Of a stretch of 64,000 bases of DNA, positions 22,001 to 31,005 are shown piece by piece. The notes under the pieces are model-generated. The model was given only the letters and a program-made list of their open reading frames with translations, was not told the origin of the DNA and did not search any database. The stretch comes from Planctomycetota bacterium (GTDB taxonomy: Bacteria > Planctomycetota > UBA11346): the NCBI GenBank assembly GCA_038213805.1, contig JBBQSO010000006.1:32001-96000 (forward strand), read 5' to 3'. A program made the translations under genes and the position numbers. Position 1 is the first letter of the stretch. Every line of letters begins with the position of its first letter.

Positions 22001-23486
22001 TGCGCAGTTCAGCCGCACCTACGACCACACCCTGCCGACCGCGGCCATCGCGATCAGCGGCGCCAACCCGACCAACGTCCCGATCCCGGTCACGGTGACC
22101 TTCAGCGAGCCGGTCAGCGGCTTCCTGGCCACTGCCCTGACCGTCACCAACGGCTCGGTCTCGGGCCTCACCGGCAGCGGTGCGACCTACAGCTTCACGG
22201 TCACGGCGACCGCGCAGGGCACCGTGACGGTGGCCTTCGCGGCCAACAAGTACCGCGACCTCGCGGGCAACTTCAACACCGCGACCACCACGCTGAGCAC
22301 CCTGTTCGACAGCGTCGGGCCGACCGTGACCCTGACCAGCACGTCGACCAGCCGCACGCGTCTGCAGCCGATCCCGGTCACCGCGACCTTCAGCGAGTCG
22401 GTCACCGGGTTCGTGGTCGGCGACCTGACGGTCAGCAACGGCACCGCGGGCAACTTCACCGGCACCGGCCGCACCTACACCTTCGACATCACCCCGACGG
22501 CGGCCGGTGTCCTGACGGTGAGCATCGCCAGCGGGGTGGCCACCGACGCGGCCGGCAACGGCAACACCACGTCCAACACCCTGTCGCGCACCTTCGATGA
22601 CACCGGCCCGCGCCCGGTCATCACCTCGGCGGCGCCGAGCCTGGAGAAGACCCCCACCATCAGCGTGACGGTGACCTTCCCCGAGTCGGTGAGCGGCTTC
22701 ACGGTCGCGGATCTCACCATCGGCAACGGCTTCGCCACCGCCTTCGCAGGCTCGGGCGCGACCTACACCTTCACCCTCAACCAGGGCCAGGGCACAGTAA
22801 CGGTGGACATCGACGACAACGTCTGCGTCGATCTCGCCGGCAACGGCAACCTCTCGGCGGTGCAGTTCACCCGCACCTACGACAGCATCCCGCCGACCGC
22901 GGTGGTGACGACCAGCGGCGGGGTGGCGACCAACTCCGCGGCGATCGCCTACACCATCACCTTCAGCGAGGACGTGACGGGCTTCGCCCTGAACAAGCTG
23001 ACGGTGATCAACGGCACCGCCAGCTCGCTGGCCGGCACGGGCCCGACCTACACCTTCACTGTCACCGCGACGGCCAGCGGCCAGGTGGTGGTGGGCATCG
23101 CTGACAACGCCATCAACGATGTCGCCGGCAACGCCAACCGCGCCTCCAACTACGTCGTGGTCACTTACCTTGCGACCGGCCCGAGCGTGACGCTCTCCAC
23201 CGACGTCAGCGAGTGGTCGGCGGCCACCGCCATCCCGATCCAGGTCACGGTGGTGTTCAGCGCGTCGGTGACCGGCTTCACCGTGGGCGACCTGACCGTC
23301 GGCAACGGTACGGCGGGCAACTTCGCCGGCTCGGGCCGGGTCTACACCTTCGACCTGACCCCGACCTCGACCGCTTCGCCGGTGACCGTCGATGTCAGCG
23401 CCGGAGTGGCCACGGACGCGGCCACCAACGGCAACCTGGTCGCACCGCAGCTCAACATGGTCTACATGCCCAACGGCAACGGCTGA
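10095..23486 (+). CDS. Giant (~4,460 aa) secreted Ig-like repeat surface protein/adhesin, about 46 Big-type domains
   Basis: GGAG before ATG 10095; extended signal peptide; ~96-aa units D..PT.....VTFSE.V.GF....LTV.NG....F.GSGATY...D.AGN. Confidence 0.9.
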   Translation: MRLNASPAVTATAWTIGAALRRAQDTLRSGARWALGLLLCVATTFAAAATAPTVVITCPAVTAASTNLSVVTFTATFSQAVSGFDVSGITTVNAAAGAFTVVNATVYTFSMTPAAEGVFSAKVNAGACTATAAGATPNLASVVFAKTYDVTAPTTTITSTAPSLTNTTIPIKITFNEAVAGFTLTDITVSGGTVASFAGSGATYTAIVTASGDGSVTVDVAGGACTDIAGNANVVATQLVRTFDHTAPTATITTTAASPVNAAYPVTVTFSEAVTAFIATNMTVTGGTIASFAGSGSTYTFTVNPTLQGNVTVALTASKTKDLAGNFNSAATSLVVVFDSVRPTAAFTSTVSTATTNLATIPMTLTFSEVVTGFDISQIAVTNGATSNAAGSGRTYTFDLAPTAEGAVTVNYAIGQVADAANNTNTASAAFTRTYDTTAPTISITSTAPTLTNAVIPIKITFSEAVTGFTLGDITVGNGTASALLGSGASYTANVTATTDGQVTVDVADAVCTDIAGNADIAASQFSVAFDKTSPIATIATTTPTPSNVPFAVTVSFDEAVTGFVASDMSVTNGAISGFAGSGASYSMVITPATQGNVTITMTAAKCLDLAGNSNLAATALAVVFDTVKPTVVFTSTISAASTNLSTIPVTATFSEVVTGFSDSQLTLVNGSTANLAGSGRTYTFDLNPGVEGTVTVALPAGQATDAAGNTNSLSTTFSKAYDLTAPTVTVTGTGPAVTNTTIPIRIVFNEAVSGFTVGDLTVVGGTAGSFAGSGATYTAVITATSDGTVTVDIDAAVCTDIAGNALAAGTAQFSAVFDHTAPTATIASTSTSPTSAAFPVTIVFSEPVTAFVVANVTVTNGTISGFSGSGANYAFTVTPPAQGTAVVALTAGKVKDLAGNFNLAAGSLSMAFDSVHPTVVLSSTLTVGSTNLSTIPVTATFSETVTGVDFTTLTLVNGVVANFTGGGRTYTFDLNPSAEGTVSVTVPANNATDGAGNGNTASATFTRAYDLTGPTPTITSTAANLVSTTIPVVVTWDEAVTGFTLADVTVGNGTAGSFAGSGASYSFLITATADGTVTVDIAGSTCTDIATNINNAATQFSRVVFDHTAPTAVITTTASSRTNAAIPVTITFSEPVTAFVATNVTVTNGVISGFAGSGATYSFTVTPPAQGTATIALAANKVKDIAGNFNLAATSLPVVFDTVHPTVALTAALASSSFNTGSFHVTATFSEAVTGFDETDVTVVNGAVANLTGSGASYSFDVTTAVTGAVAVSIAANVCTDLATNNNLASTTLTKTYDLNGPGMIITSTAPAITKVAIPVTITFDQPVTGFAVGDLTVGNGTAGSFTGSGATYSAVLTASGDGTVTLDIAAGVCQDLAANDNTSGIQFVRTFDSTAPTAVFATTAANPSNVAIPVTVTFSETVTGFTASALTLTNGTVSAFAGSGATYSFTLSAVAQGTVTVAFAANKYHDVPGNFNTATTTMSVVFDTVRPSVTLTSSVASATFNTGTFPVVVTFSEAVTGFDASSLTIGNGAVANFAGSGASYSFDVTTATPGAVTVAVAASVCTDLAINDNFASTVLTKTYDTTGQTPVIASTAPALTNAAIPITVTFGQAVTGFTSGDLTVGNGTVTAFSGSGATYAATITATTDGTVTVDIAAGVAQDLAGNDTSTGAQFSRSFDHTLPTAAIAFGGANPTNVAIPVTVTFSEPVSGFLATALTLTNGSVSAFAGSGATYTFTMTATTQGTVTVAFAASKYRDLANNLNTATTTQSAVFDTVRPTVVLSTSLASASFNSGTFHVIATFSEAVTGFDVSDVTVTNGAAAGFTGTGASYAFDVTTATLGAVSVSIAANVCTDLAINNNVASSALVKTYDTNGPAVVVTSNAPALTNTTIPITVTFDQAVTGFIAGDLTVGNGTVSAFSGSGATYAVTITATTDGTVTVDIAGGVAQDLAGNNNTTGAQFSRTFDHTLPTAAIAFTGANPSNVVLPVTVTFSEPVSGFLVSALTLTNGTASAATGSGATYSFTVTATTQGTVTVAFATTKYRDLAGNFNTATTTQSAVFDTVRPTVALSTSLTSGSFNSGSFHVIATFSEAVTGFDVSDVTVTNGAAAGFTGTGASYAFDVTTATVGAVSVSIAANVCTDLAINNNVASSALVKTYDTSAPGLLITSAAPAITNSTIPLTVTFDQAVTGFIAGDLTVGNGTVTAFSGSGATYAVTITATTDGTVTVDIAGGVAQDLAGNNNTTGAQFARTFDHTAPTAAIALGGANPTNTTIPVTVTFSEPVSGFLVSALTLTNGTASAATGSGATYSFTVTATTQGTVTVAFATTKYRDLAGNFNTATTTQSAVFDTVRPTVALTSTTTSPLFNTGTFRVIATFSEAVTGFDVSDVTVSNGAASGFTGTGASYAFDVTTATIGQVSVSIAANVCTDLAINNNVASSAMVKTYDTNGPGVTITSTAPAITNAAIPVTITFDQQVTGFSPTDLTIGNGSVAAFSGSGATYAVTITATSDGTVTVDIAGGVCQDLAGNNNTTGAQFSRTFDHVAPTSAITLGGSNPTNTTIPVTITFSETVSGFAASALTITNGTASAVSGSGATYALTVTATTQGTVTVAFAASKYRDLAGNFNTATTTQSALFDSVRPTVVLSTSLASSSFNTGSFHVIAIFSEAVTGFDVSDVTVTNGAAAGFTGTGASYAFDVTTATPGVVTASIATSACADAATNANLASNTLSKVFNTTGPVPAIATSAPGLTNTTIPITVTFTAPVTGFTQGDLTIGNGTVSAFSGSGATYAATITATTDGTVTVDIAAGVAQDLAGNDNSTGVQLARTFDHTAPTAALALGGANPTNTTIPVTVTFSEAVSGFAASALTITNGTASAVSGSGATYAFTVTATTQGTVTVAFAANKYRDFANNFNTATSTQSAVFDTVRPTVVLTTSLVSGSFNTGTFHVIATFSEAVTGFDVSDVTVTNGAAAGFTGTGASYAFDVTTAVQGAVGVSILANACTDLAINNNVASNALSKTYDTTGPVPTIASTAPAITNATIPITVTFDQPVTGFVSGDLTIGNGTVSAFSGSGATYAATITATSDGTVTVDIAGGVAQDLAGNNNTTGVQLARTFDHTAPTAAIAFAGSNPTNLALPVTVTFSEPVSGFLATALTVSNGAVSAFTGSGATYTFTVTPSAQGTVTVAFAAGKYRDLATNLNTATTTLSTIFDTVRPTVVLSTTLASSTFNTGSFHVIATFSEAVTSFDVSDVTVTGGAASAFTGTGASYAFDVTTATPGAVGVAIATSVCTDLATNSNVASSTLTRTYDTSGPGLVITSAAPAATNAPIPITVTFDQPVTGFVQGDLTVGNGTVTAFSGSGATYAVTITATTDGTVTVDIAGGVAQDLAGNDNTTGAQFSRTFDHTIPTAAIALGGPNPTNSAIPVTVTFSEPVSGFTAGALTITNGVVSAFTGSGATYTFTVTPPAQGTVTLAFAAGKYRDIAGNFNTATTTQSAVFDTVRPTVVLTTSQASATFNTGTFHVIATFSEAVTGFDVNDVTVTNGAATAFTGTGASYAFDVTTAVQGTVGVAIATSVCTDLASNNNLAATTLSRTYDITGPTVTIASAAPALTNTTIPITLTFSEVVTGFTTGDLTVGNGTVTAFSGSGATYAATITATTDGSVTVDIAGGVCTDLAGNGSTTGTQFSRTFDHTLPTAAIAFAGASPTNAPLAVTVTFSEPVTGFLASALTVSNGAVSAFTGSGATYTFTVTPPAQGSVSVALAAAKYHDLANNNNTATTTLSAVFDTVRPTVVLSTGLTSATFNTGTFHVIATFSEAVTSFDVSDVTVTNGAASGFTGTGASYAFDVTTATEGAVGVAIAATVCTDIATNNNVASNTLTKTYDVSGPAVTITSAAAAMVNAPFTITVTFDQAVTGFALGDLTVGNGTASALTGSGATYALSISPTADGTVTVDIAAGVAQDLAGNDNTTGAQFSRTYDHTLPTAAIAISGANPTNVPIPVTVTFSEPVSGFLATALTVTNGSVSGLTGSGATYSFTVTATAQGTVTVAFAANKYRDLAGNFNTATTTLSTLFDSVGPTVTLTSTSTSRTRLQPIPVTATFSESVTGFVVGDLTVSNGTAGNFTGTGRTYTFDITPTAAGVLTVSIASGVATDAAGNGNTTSNTLSRTFDDTGPRPVITSAAPSLEKTPTISVTVTFPESVSGFTVADLTIGNGFATAFAGSGATYTFTLNQGQGTVTVDIDDNVCVDLAGNGNLSAVQFTRTYDSIPPTAVVTTSGGVATNSAAIAYTITFSEDVTGFALNKLTVINGTASSLAGTGPTYTFTVTATASGQVVVGIADNAINDVAGNANRASNYVVVTYLATGPSVTLSTDVSEWSAATAIPIQVTVVFSASVTGFTVGDLTVGNGTAGNFAGSGRVYTFDLTPTSTASPVTVDVSAGVATDAATNGNLVAPQLNMVYMPNGNG
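10240..23470 (+). repeat. Intragenic higher-order repeat, 861-bp (287-aa, three-domain) period
   Basis: Equivalent antisense mini-ORFs recur at 16160, 17021, 17882, 18743, 19604, 20465, 21326 and 22187. Confidence 0.9.
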
Positions 23487-25825
23487 GACCCGGCGCTGCG
23501 GCGCAGCTCCTGGAGCAGGACGATGACCTGCGCGGTCGCCGCAGCCGTGCCGGGCGGGAGGGGGCCACGCTCGCTGGAGCGCCAGGCGTCCTGGTAGAGG
23601 CCGGCCAGGAACGGCAGCAGCCGGCGCGCGTGCGCGGCATCGGGCTGGGCGGTGTGCACGCACTCGACCAGCTCTTCAGCGCGCAGCGCGACAAACCTGG
23701 ACGCCGGCAGCGCTGTCGCCAGCTCGGCGACGGTGACGTCCGGGGCGCTCAGCAGCAGGTCGATCGCGAGCCGGGTGATGTGGCTGTCCTGGTAGCGCCC
23801 GGCGATGCGCACCAGCGCGGGGACCACCACCTGCCAGCCCTTGCCTTGGGCCATGACCCCACGGATGGCGCAGGCAATGGTGGCCGCCTCGTCGAAGGTG
23901 GCGGGCCCCTGGACGTCTGCGAGTTCGGGTGCCTGCGCACCCGCCTCGCCGCGCAGCAGCGCCAGCCGGCGTGCGATCAGCTCCGGCGCCGCCGCCAGCG
24001 GCGGACGACCGAGCAGGTGGTGGTAGCTGAAGTCCGAGAACGGGTAGACCGCCAGGCAGGCGAGGGCGATGCCGTCCTTGTCGCGCGCTGACGCGCGTCC
24101 GAAGCGCAGGTAGTAGACCGCTTCGCCCCACGGCACGCCGCCGAGCGCGCGCGCGATGGCTGCGTCCGCCTCTGCGCTCAACTGCGCATCCTCGCGCACC
24201 GCCAGGACCACCTGCTGGCCAAGCGTGGTCACCGCATAGGCGTCGGAAAGCGCGGGGATGGTGGCGAGGATGCGCTCGGCCTCGTCGTGCTTGCCGAGCG
24301 TCATGCCGCGGAAGGCGGGGATCGCCAGCCAGGCGCAGTACAGCGCCACGTGCAGCAGGGCACCGCGCAGCAGCGCGTCGCTGCGGCCGTCCGCGGGCGG
24401 CGACCTTCCGGAGTCCGACGCGCGTAGCATGACTGCGCAGGCGGCGCCCAGCCACGCGCAGCTGAGCACGCCGGCGAAGGTGTTCTCGGTGGCGGCCGCG
24501 ATGCCGGTGCCCACGGCCAGCACCTGCACGGCCAGGCGCAGGCGCGGTTCGGCGACCCGCCATACCGCGGCAACCAACAGGGCGGTGAGGGCGCCGAGCA
24601 GCGCCAAACCAGGGAGGCCTGCGGTCAGCCAGCATTCCAGCCACTCATCGTGCAGATGGTTGATGGTGCGGCCCTGGGTGAGCAGGCGCCCGAGATCCGG
24701 ATCGCGCTCTGCCAGGCGCAGCGCCGCGCAATCGCCCTGACCGAGCGGAGTCTGAAGCGCGCTGGTGACGCCGGCGCGGGCGATCTGCAGGCGCTCGTGG
24801 TGGCGGCCCGGACGCTCATTGGCCAGGACCATGCCGACCAGCGCCAGGCCCAGCGCCAGCGCCGCCGCGAGCGTCAGCGGCGTCGCGCGCGGCCAGCGCG
24901 CCCGGGCGCGCCCGATCACGATCAGCACGGGGATGGCGAACAGGGTGAGCGCCACGCTGCGCCGCCCGGAGTTGAGGGTCAGCGCGGCGAGCGCGACCAG
25001 GCCAACGCCGAGCAGTGGTGCTGCCCAGGCCGGTTGCGCAGTCAGGGTGCGGCGCGCCAGCGCGTGCAGCGCGCCGGCCAGCACCGCCAGCGCGAGCACC
25101 GCTCCGGCCAATCCCTGCCAGCCCATCTGCAAGGGTCCGTCCGCGCCGCGCACCACCACCACCGCCCCCGCGGCGAGCGCGAGCAGCGCGAGCAGCGCGC
25201 CATCGCGGCGGCGCGTGACCGCGGTCGCGCCCGCGGGCCACGCCAGCACCAGCCACGCGAGCAGCGCCGGCACGGCGATGTTCATCGTCCAGTTGAGGTT
25301 GCCGAACAGACGGTTGCCGATCTCGTCGCTGGCCATCGCCTCAAGGCCGTAGGGGTGCGCGACGTACGTGAGAAGGTTGGGCAGGGCCTGGGCGAGCAGG
25401 GCCACGGCACCGCACGCGCCCAACCAGGCGAGCAGGCGGCGCACGTCCAGCGGGGTGGCGAGCACCATGCCGGCGGCCGCCACTGCCAGCGCGTGCACCG
25501 CGAGCCGCGGCCAGGCCACGCCCGCCTGGGCGTGGCGCCAGTCGACCAGCGCCGTCCACGCGAGCAGCACCATCGCCACCATCAGCCATGAGCGGCTCAG
25601 CCGGCTCCAGCGTGGTTCATCGCCCAGGGTGAGGAAGGGCATGGCGAGCAGCGGCAGGAGGAGCAGCAGCGGCTCACAGCCCTGATGAGGCAGAGCTCGT
25701 CCGCACATCCAGGCCAGGCCGTTGCAGAGCACCGCCAGCCCGGCCACCAGCACCGGTGCTGCGCGCAGCAGTGACAGCGGCCTACGCAGCGGAGCCAGGC
25801 GTGATGGCAAGGGTCCTGGGATCAT
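23462..25825 (-). CDS. O-antigen ligase / O-oligosaccharyltransferase-like (Wzy_C) membrane protein with C-terminal helical extension
   Basis: About 12 TM helices; LFGNLNW, SGRR, ERLQI...PLGQG...HLHDEWLECWLTAGLPGL; start taken at ATG 25825; 25-bp convergent overlap with the giant gene. Confidence 0.75.
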   Translation of the reverse strand: MIPGPLPSRLAPLRRPLSLLRAAPVLVAGLAVLCNGLAWMCGRALPHQGCEPLLLLLPLLAMPFLTLGDEPRWSRLSRSWLMVAMVLLAWTALVDWRHAQAGVAWPRLAVHALAVAAAGMVLATPLDVRRLLAWLGACGAVALLAQALPNLLTYVAHPYGLEAMASDEIGNRLFGNLNWTMNIAVPALLAWLVLAWPAGATAVTRRRDGALLALLALAAGAVVVVRGADGPLQMGWQGLAGAVLALAVLAGALHALARRTLTAQPAWAAPLLGVGLVALAALTLNSGRRSVALTLFAIPVLIVIGRARARWPRATPLTLAAALALGLALVGMVLANERPGRHHERLQIARAGVTSALQTPLGQGDCAALRLAERDPDLGRLLTQGRTINHLHDEWLECWLTAGLPGLALLGALTALLVAAVWRVAEPRLRLAVQVLAVGTGIAAATENTFAGVLSCAWLGAACAVMLRASDSGRSPPADGRSDALLRGALLHVALYCAWLAIPAFRGMTLGKHDEAERILATIPALSDAYAVTTLGQQVVLAVREDAQLSAEADAAIARALGGVPWGEAVYYLRFGRASARDKDGIALACLAVYPFSDFSYHHLLGRPPLAAAPELIARRLALLRGEAGAQAPELADVQGPATFDEAATIACAIRGVMAQGKGWQVVVPALVRIAGRYQDSHITRLAIDLLLSAPDVTVAELATALPASRFVALRAEELVECVHTAQPDAAHARRLLPFLAGLYQDAWRSSERGPLPPGTAAATAQVIVLLQELRRSAGSQPLPLGM

Positions 25826-25999
25826 CGGCGCTCCGCGCGCCGGAGAGGTGCCCGGCGGCAGCGGGGGACTACAGCGCCCGGGGGCTGGGGGATCAAGACC
25901 GTGGCGCGGTCCCGCACCAGGGTTTGGCGCTTTGCGCACCACCGCGCCCTGGGGTAGGCTAAGCGAAGCCGTCATCTGCGGCCCGGCAAGGAGCCAGCC

Positions 26000-28225
26000 A
26001 TTTCCCGTCGCAACCGTGATCAGCCGCCGTCCCACCACACCGCCGAGGCCACCCCACCGGCCCAGCCGGCGCTGGCCGCCGCGCGCAGGTCCGCGCTGGG
26101 CCTGCCGGGGCCCGCCTTCCTGCCGGCCCTGGGTGGGCCCATACAGTCCCATGAACCGCTCCTCACCCGGATCCAGGCCATCTGGCTGGCTGCCACGACC
26201 CTGGTGATGCTCGGCATCGCCGCGTACGCCAATTCGTTCGCTGGCCGCTTCATGTTCGACGACACCATGTGGATCGGCGACCCGCCGCCGGCCTTCCACG
26301 ACATCTGGTGGTACACGCAGGGGCTGTTCTTCTCCAGCGGCCGACGCTTCATCGAGCTCACGGCGCAGATCAACTGGGCGCTCGGCCACGAGAACTTGTT
26401 CGGCTGGCACCTCTTCAACGTCAGTGTCCACCTCGGCTGCGGCCTGGCGGTGTTCGGGGTGGCGCGCCGCACCCTGCTCAGCGCCCCCATGGGCGGGCGC
26501 TTCGCCGGCTCGGCGACCTGGCTGGCCTGGGCGATCGCGGCGATCTTCCTGGTCCACCCGCTCAACAGCGAGGCGGTGACCTTCATCTGGCAGCGTGCGC
26601 ACGCGGTGATGGCGCTCTGCCAGATCCTTGCGCTCTACGTCATCATCCGCGCCGACTCCGCTCAGGGCAACGCCCGATGGATCTGTTGGGGCCTCGCCCT
26701 GCTGCTGTGCGACATCGGGCTCGACACCAAGGCGCAGATGGTCGCCATGCCGCTGCTGGTGTTGATCTACGACCGCACCTTCCTCAGCGGCACCTGGACT
26801 ACGCTGGTCGCGCGCAACTGGCCGCTCTACGCCGGACTGGCGGCGGTGTGGGCAGTGAGTGTCGGCAATCTCTCCGCGACCATGGGCGGACCGGGCAGCG
26901 ACATCGGCAGCCGTGGCGTGATGCCCGATGAGCAGGGCAGCGGCACCATGACCCGCCTGGAGTATGCGCGCGCCCAGCCCGAGGTGGTGCTGCGCTATCT
27001 CGGGCTGCTGTTCTGGCCGCGCCAGCTCTGCCTTGACTACGTGTGGGGCATCCCGCCGCTCAGCGCCGCCCTGGTGCCGTGGTTCGCCGGTCTCGCCGCG
27101 CTGGCTGCGGCGTCAGCCCTCGCGCTGTGGCGCTGGCCGCTGTGGGGTTTCCTTGGGGTGTGGTTCTTCCTCAACCTCGGGCCGTCCTCCAGCGTCATCC
27201 CGCGGCCCGACGTGATGGTCGAGCACCGCATGTACGTGCCGATGATCGCCTTGGCCGCGTTGGTGGTGGTTGGCGGCTGGCTGCTCGCCGGGCGCGCCTG
27301 CAAAGACCTGCGCCTCGTCCTGCCGGTGGCGGGTGGAGCGCTGGCGGTGCTAGTGGTCGCGCTCGGTTGGCGCACCGTGGTCCGCAATCAGGATTACCAG
27401 GACCATGAGGTGATGTGGCGTCAGGTCATCGCCGTCTCGCCCAGCAATCCGCGCGCCCACCTCAACCTCGGCACCACCCTCGGTTCGCGCGACCGCCACG
27501 AGGAGGCGCTGGTCGAGTTCGGCCTCGCGGCGAAGTTCAAGGGCATCTACCCGATGGCCCATTACAATCGCGGCACCTCACTCGAAAAACTCAAGCGCAA
27601 CGAGGAGGCGGTCGAGGCCTACCGCGAGGCGACGCGCGAGAACCAGGGCTATGCCGAAGCGTGGAACAACCTCGGCGGCGTGCTCATCACCCTTGGCCGT
27701 CCGGAGGAGTCGCTGGTGCCGCTGCAGCGCGCGATCACTATCCGCGAGAACCAGCAGGCGCCGTACGGCGTCGCCTACAACAACTACGGCAACGCCCTCA
27801 TCCAGCTCGGCAAGGCCAAGGAGGCGCTGCCCTTCCTCGAGAAGGCTGTGCTCTACCGCCCGAAGCTGGCCGAGGCGTGGTACAACCTCGGCAATTCCCA
27901 CGTCGCCTTCGGCGACTTCGCGAAGGCGCTGCCCGCGTACCAGCAGGCCGTGCAGATCAACCCGGACTACGCCGAGGCCCACCACAATCTCGCGCTGATG
28001 CTCGGCAACGCGCGCCGCTACCGCGAAGCTTACGAGCAGGACCGGAAAGCGCTCGAGCTGCGCCCGGTGTACGAGCAGGCCCAGCACACCATCCAGCGCT
28101 GGGAGCTCGCCCTCAAGCAGGGCGACGCAGCTGCGCCCGCGGTGACCCTGCCGTCGGCGCCTGCCGCGCCTGCCGCGCCGAGCGGAGCGCCGGCCCAGAA
28201 CGGGTTGGCGACCGCGGGGAAGTGA
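26000..28225 (+). CDS. TMTC-like GT-C membrane glycosyltransferase with C-terminal TPRs (probable ATT start; first canonical start at 26204)
   Basis: FMFDD, WHLFNVSVH, FLVHPLNSEAVTFIWQR, EHRMYVP, then about 6 TPRs (AHLNLG, AHYNRG, AWNNLG, AYNNYG, AWYNLG, AHHNLA). Confidence 0.8.
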   Translation: MSRRNRDQPPSHHTAEATPPAQPALAAARRSALGLPGPAFLPALGGPIQSHEPLLTRIQAIWLAATTLVMLGIAAYANSFAGRFMFDDTMWIGDPPPAFHDIWWYTQGLFFSSGRRFIELTAQINWALGHENLFGWHLFNVSVHLGCGLAVFGVARRTLLSAPMGGRFAGSATWLAWAIAAIFLVHPLNSEAVTFIWQRAHAVMALCQILALYVIIRADSAQGNARWICWGLALLLCDIGLDTKAQMVAMPLLVLIYDRTFLSGTWTTLVARNWPLYAGLAAVWAVSVGNLSATMGGPGSDIGSRGVMPDEQGSGTMTRLEYARAQPEVVLRYLGLLFWPRQLCLDYVWGIPPLSAALVPWFAGLAALAAASALALWRWPLWGFLGVWFFLNLGPSSSVIPRPDVMVEHRMYVPMIALAALVVVGGWLLAGRACKDLRLVLPVAGGALAVLVVALGWRTVVRNQDYQDHEVMWRQVIAVSPSNPRAHLNLGTTLGSRDRHEEALVEFGLAAKFKGIYPMAHYNRGTSLEKLKRNEEAVEAYREATRENQGYAEAWNNLGGVLITLGRPEESLVPLQRAITIRENQQAPYGVAYNNYGNALIQLGKAKEALPFLEKAVLYRPKLAEAWYNLGNSHVAFGDFAKALPAYQQAVQINPDYAEAHHNLALMLGNARRYREAYEQDRKALELRPVYEQAQHTIQRWELALKQGDAAAPAVTLPSAPAAPAAPSGAPAQNGLATAGK

Positions 28226-28259
28226 CGCGCTGCAGCGAAGGCGCCAGGGAGGTTGTCCT

Positions 28260-28619
28260 TCACGTCTGGCGCTGGATAAGGGCGCCGAGCATGCGGCCGA
28301 TCTGGGAGATCTCGTCCTGGAGATGCAGTGCCGACGGAGTCGGGCAGAGTCCGATGTCGCATGCGAGGATGAGGTGGCAGCGCAGCTCGCCTGCGGACGC
28401 CTTGGCGATGCGCAGGAAGTAGGCGTACTCGTTACGATTATCGCGTTCCGCGCCCTCGGCGATATTGGCCGCGATGCTGATGGCAGCACGCTGGATCTGA
28501 TCGCGGAACGGGAAGTCGGTGGCGATACGCGTCGTCCGGACGAACCGGTACGTATCCGCCGCGAGTTTCCTGGCCCGCTGCCACACGATGAGATTTTCGA
28601 ATTTCGAAGTCGTCTGCAT
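28260..28619 (-). CDS. Four helix bundle protein (23S rRNA IVP-like family)
   Basis: AGGAGG RBS; FENLIVWQRA...DQIQRAAISIAANIAEG...FLRIAKASAGEL. Confidence 0.92.
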   Translation of the reverse strand: MQTTSKFENLIVWQRARKLAADTYRFVRTTRIATDFPFRDQIQRAAISIAANIAEGAERDNRNEYAYFLRIAKASAGELRCHLILACDIGLCPTPSALHLQDEISQIGRMLGALIQRQT

Positions 28620-28651
28620 GGAAACCTCCTTGGGTTCCCACCCCACCACCA

Positions 28652-28742
28652 GGTCGCGCGCAGGGGTCAAGGACGGCGCGTCCCGCGCCGCCGCGCCCCG
28701 TGGGCGAGGCGCAGCCGGAGCTCCTTGACGCCGAGCACGACC
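28652..28742. repeat. Imperfect long inverted repeat/hairpin upstream of the four-helix-bundle gene
   Basis: GGTCG...GTCAAGGA (28652-28673) pairs with TCCTTGAC...CGACC (28722-28742). Confidence 0.55.
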
Positions 28743-28786
28743 GGTACAATCGATGGAACCGAGGAGATGGGCAACTCCCGGAGCGC

Positions 28787-28804
28787 GCGCCTCGCGCCTC
28801 GCGC

Positions 28805-28807
<3 letters not shown>
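28787..28807. repeat. Short heptamer array (GCGCCTC)x2 + GCGCCTA overlapping the kinase TAG stop
   Basis: Read directly. Confidence 0.6.
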
Positions 28808-30892
<2,085 letters not shown>

Positions 30893-31005
30893 GTTCCACC
30901 AGCGCGGGTTGCGGTCCGGGAAAGAAGCGGTCATACTCAGGGATTGGCGCTGCCCCCTGGGAGGCCAGGAAGCTTACCCGATTTTTCCGCACGCAGGTGG
31001 AGCGC

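Noticed and set aside
12108..23663. Very long antisense ORFs (799 aa and 2886 aa) and periodic ~90-aa antisense ORFs
   Set aside because: Shadows of the repetitive, strongly codon-biased sense gene, with Arg/Gly/His-rich nonsense composition.
26151..26207. ATG at 26151 as a frameshifted start of the TMTC-like gene
   Set aside because: Different frame and no RBS. The TMTC frame is already open and hydrophobic through this stretch, so ATT at 26000 explains it better.
25826..26602. N-terminal 260 aa of the 1046-aa minus-strand ORF
   Set aside because: Overlaps the TMTC-like gene on the other strand; membrane-protein character starts only at Met 25825.
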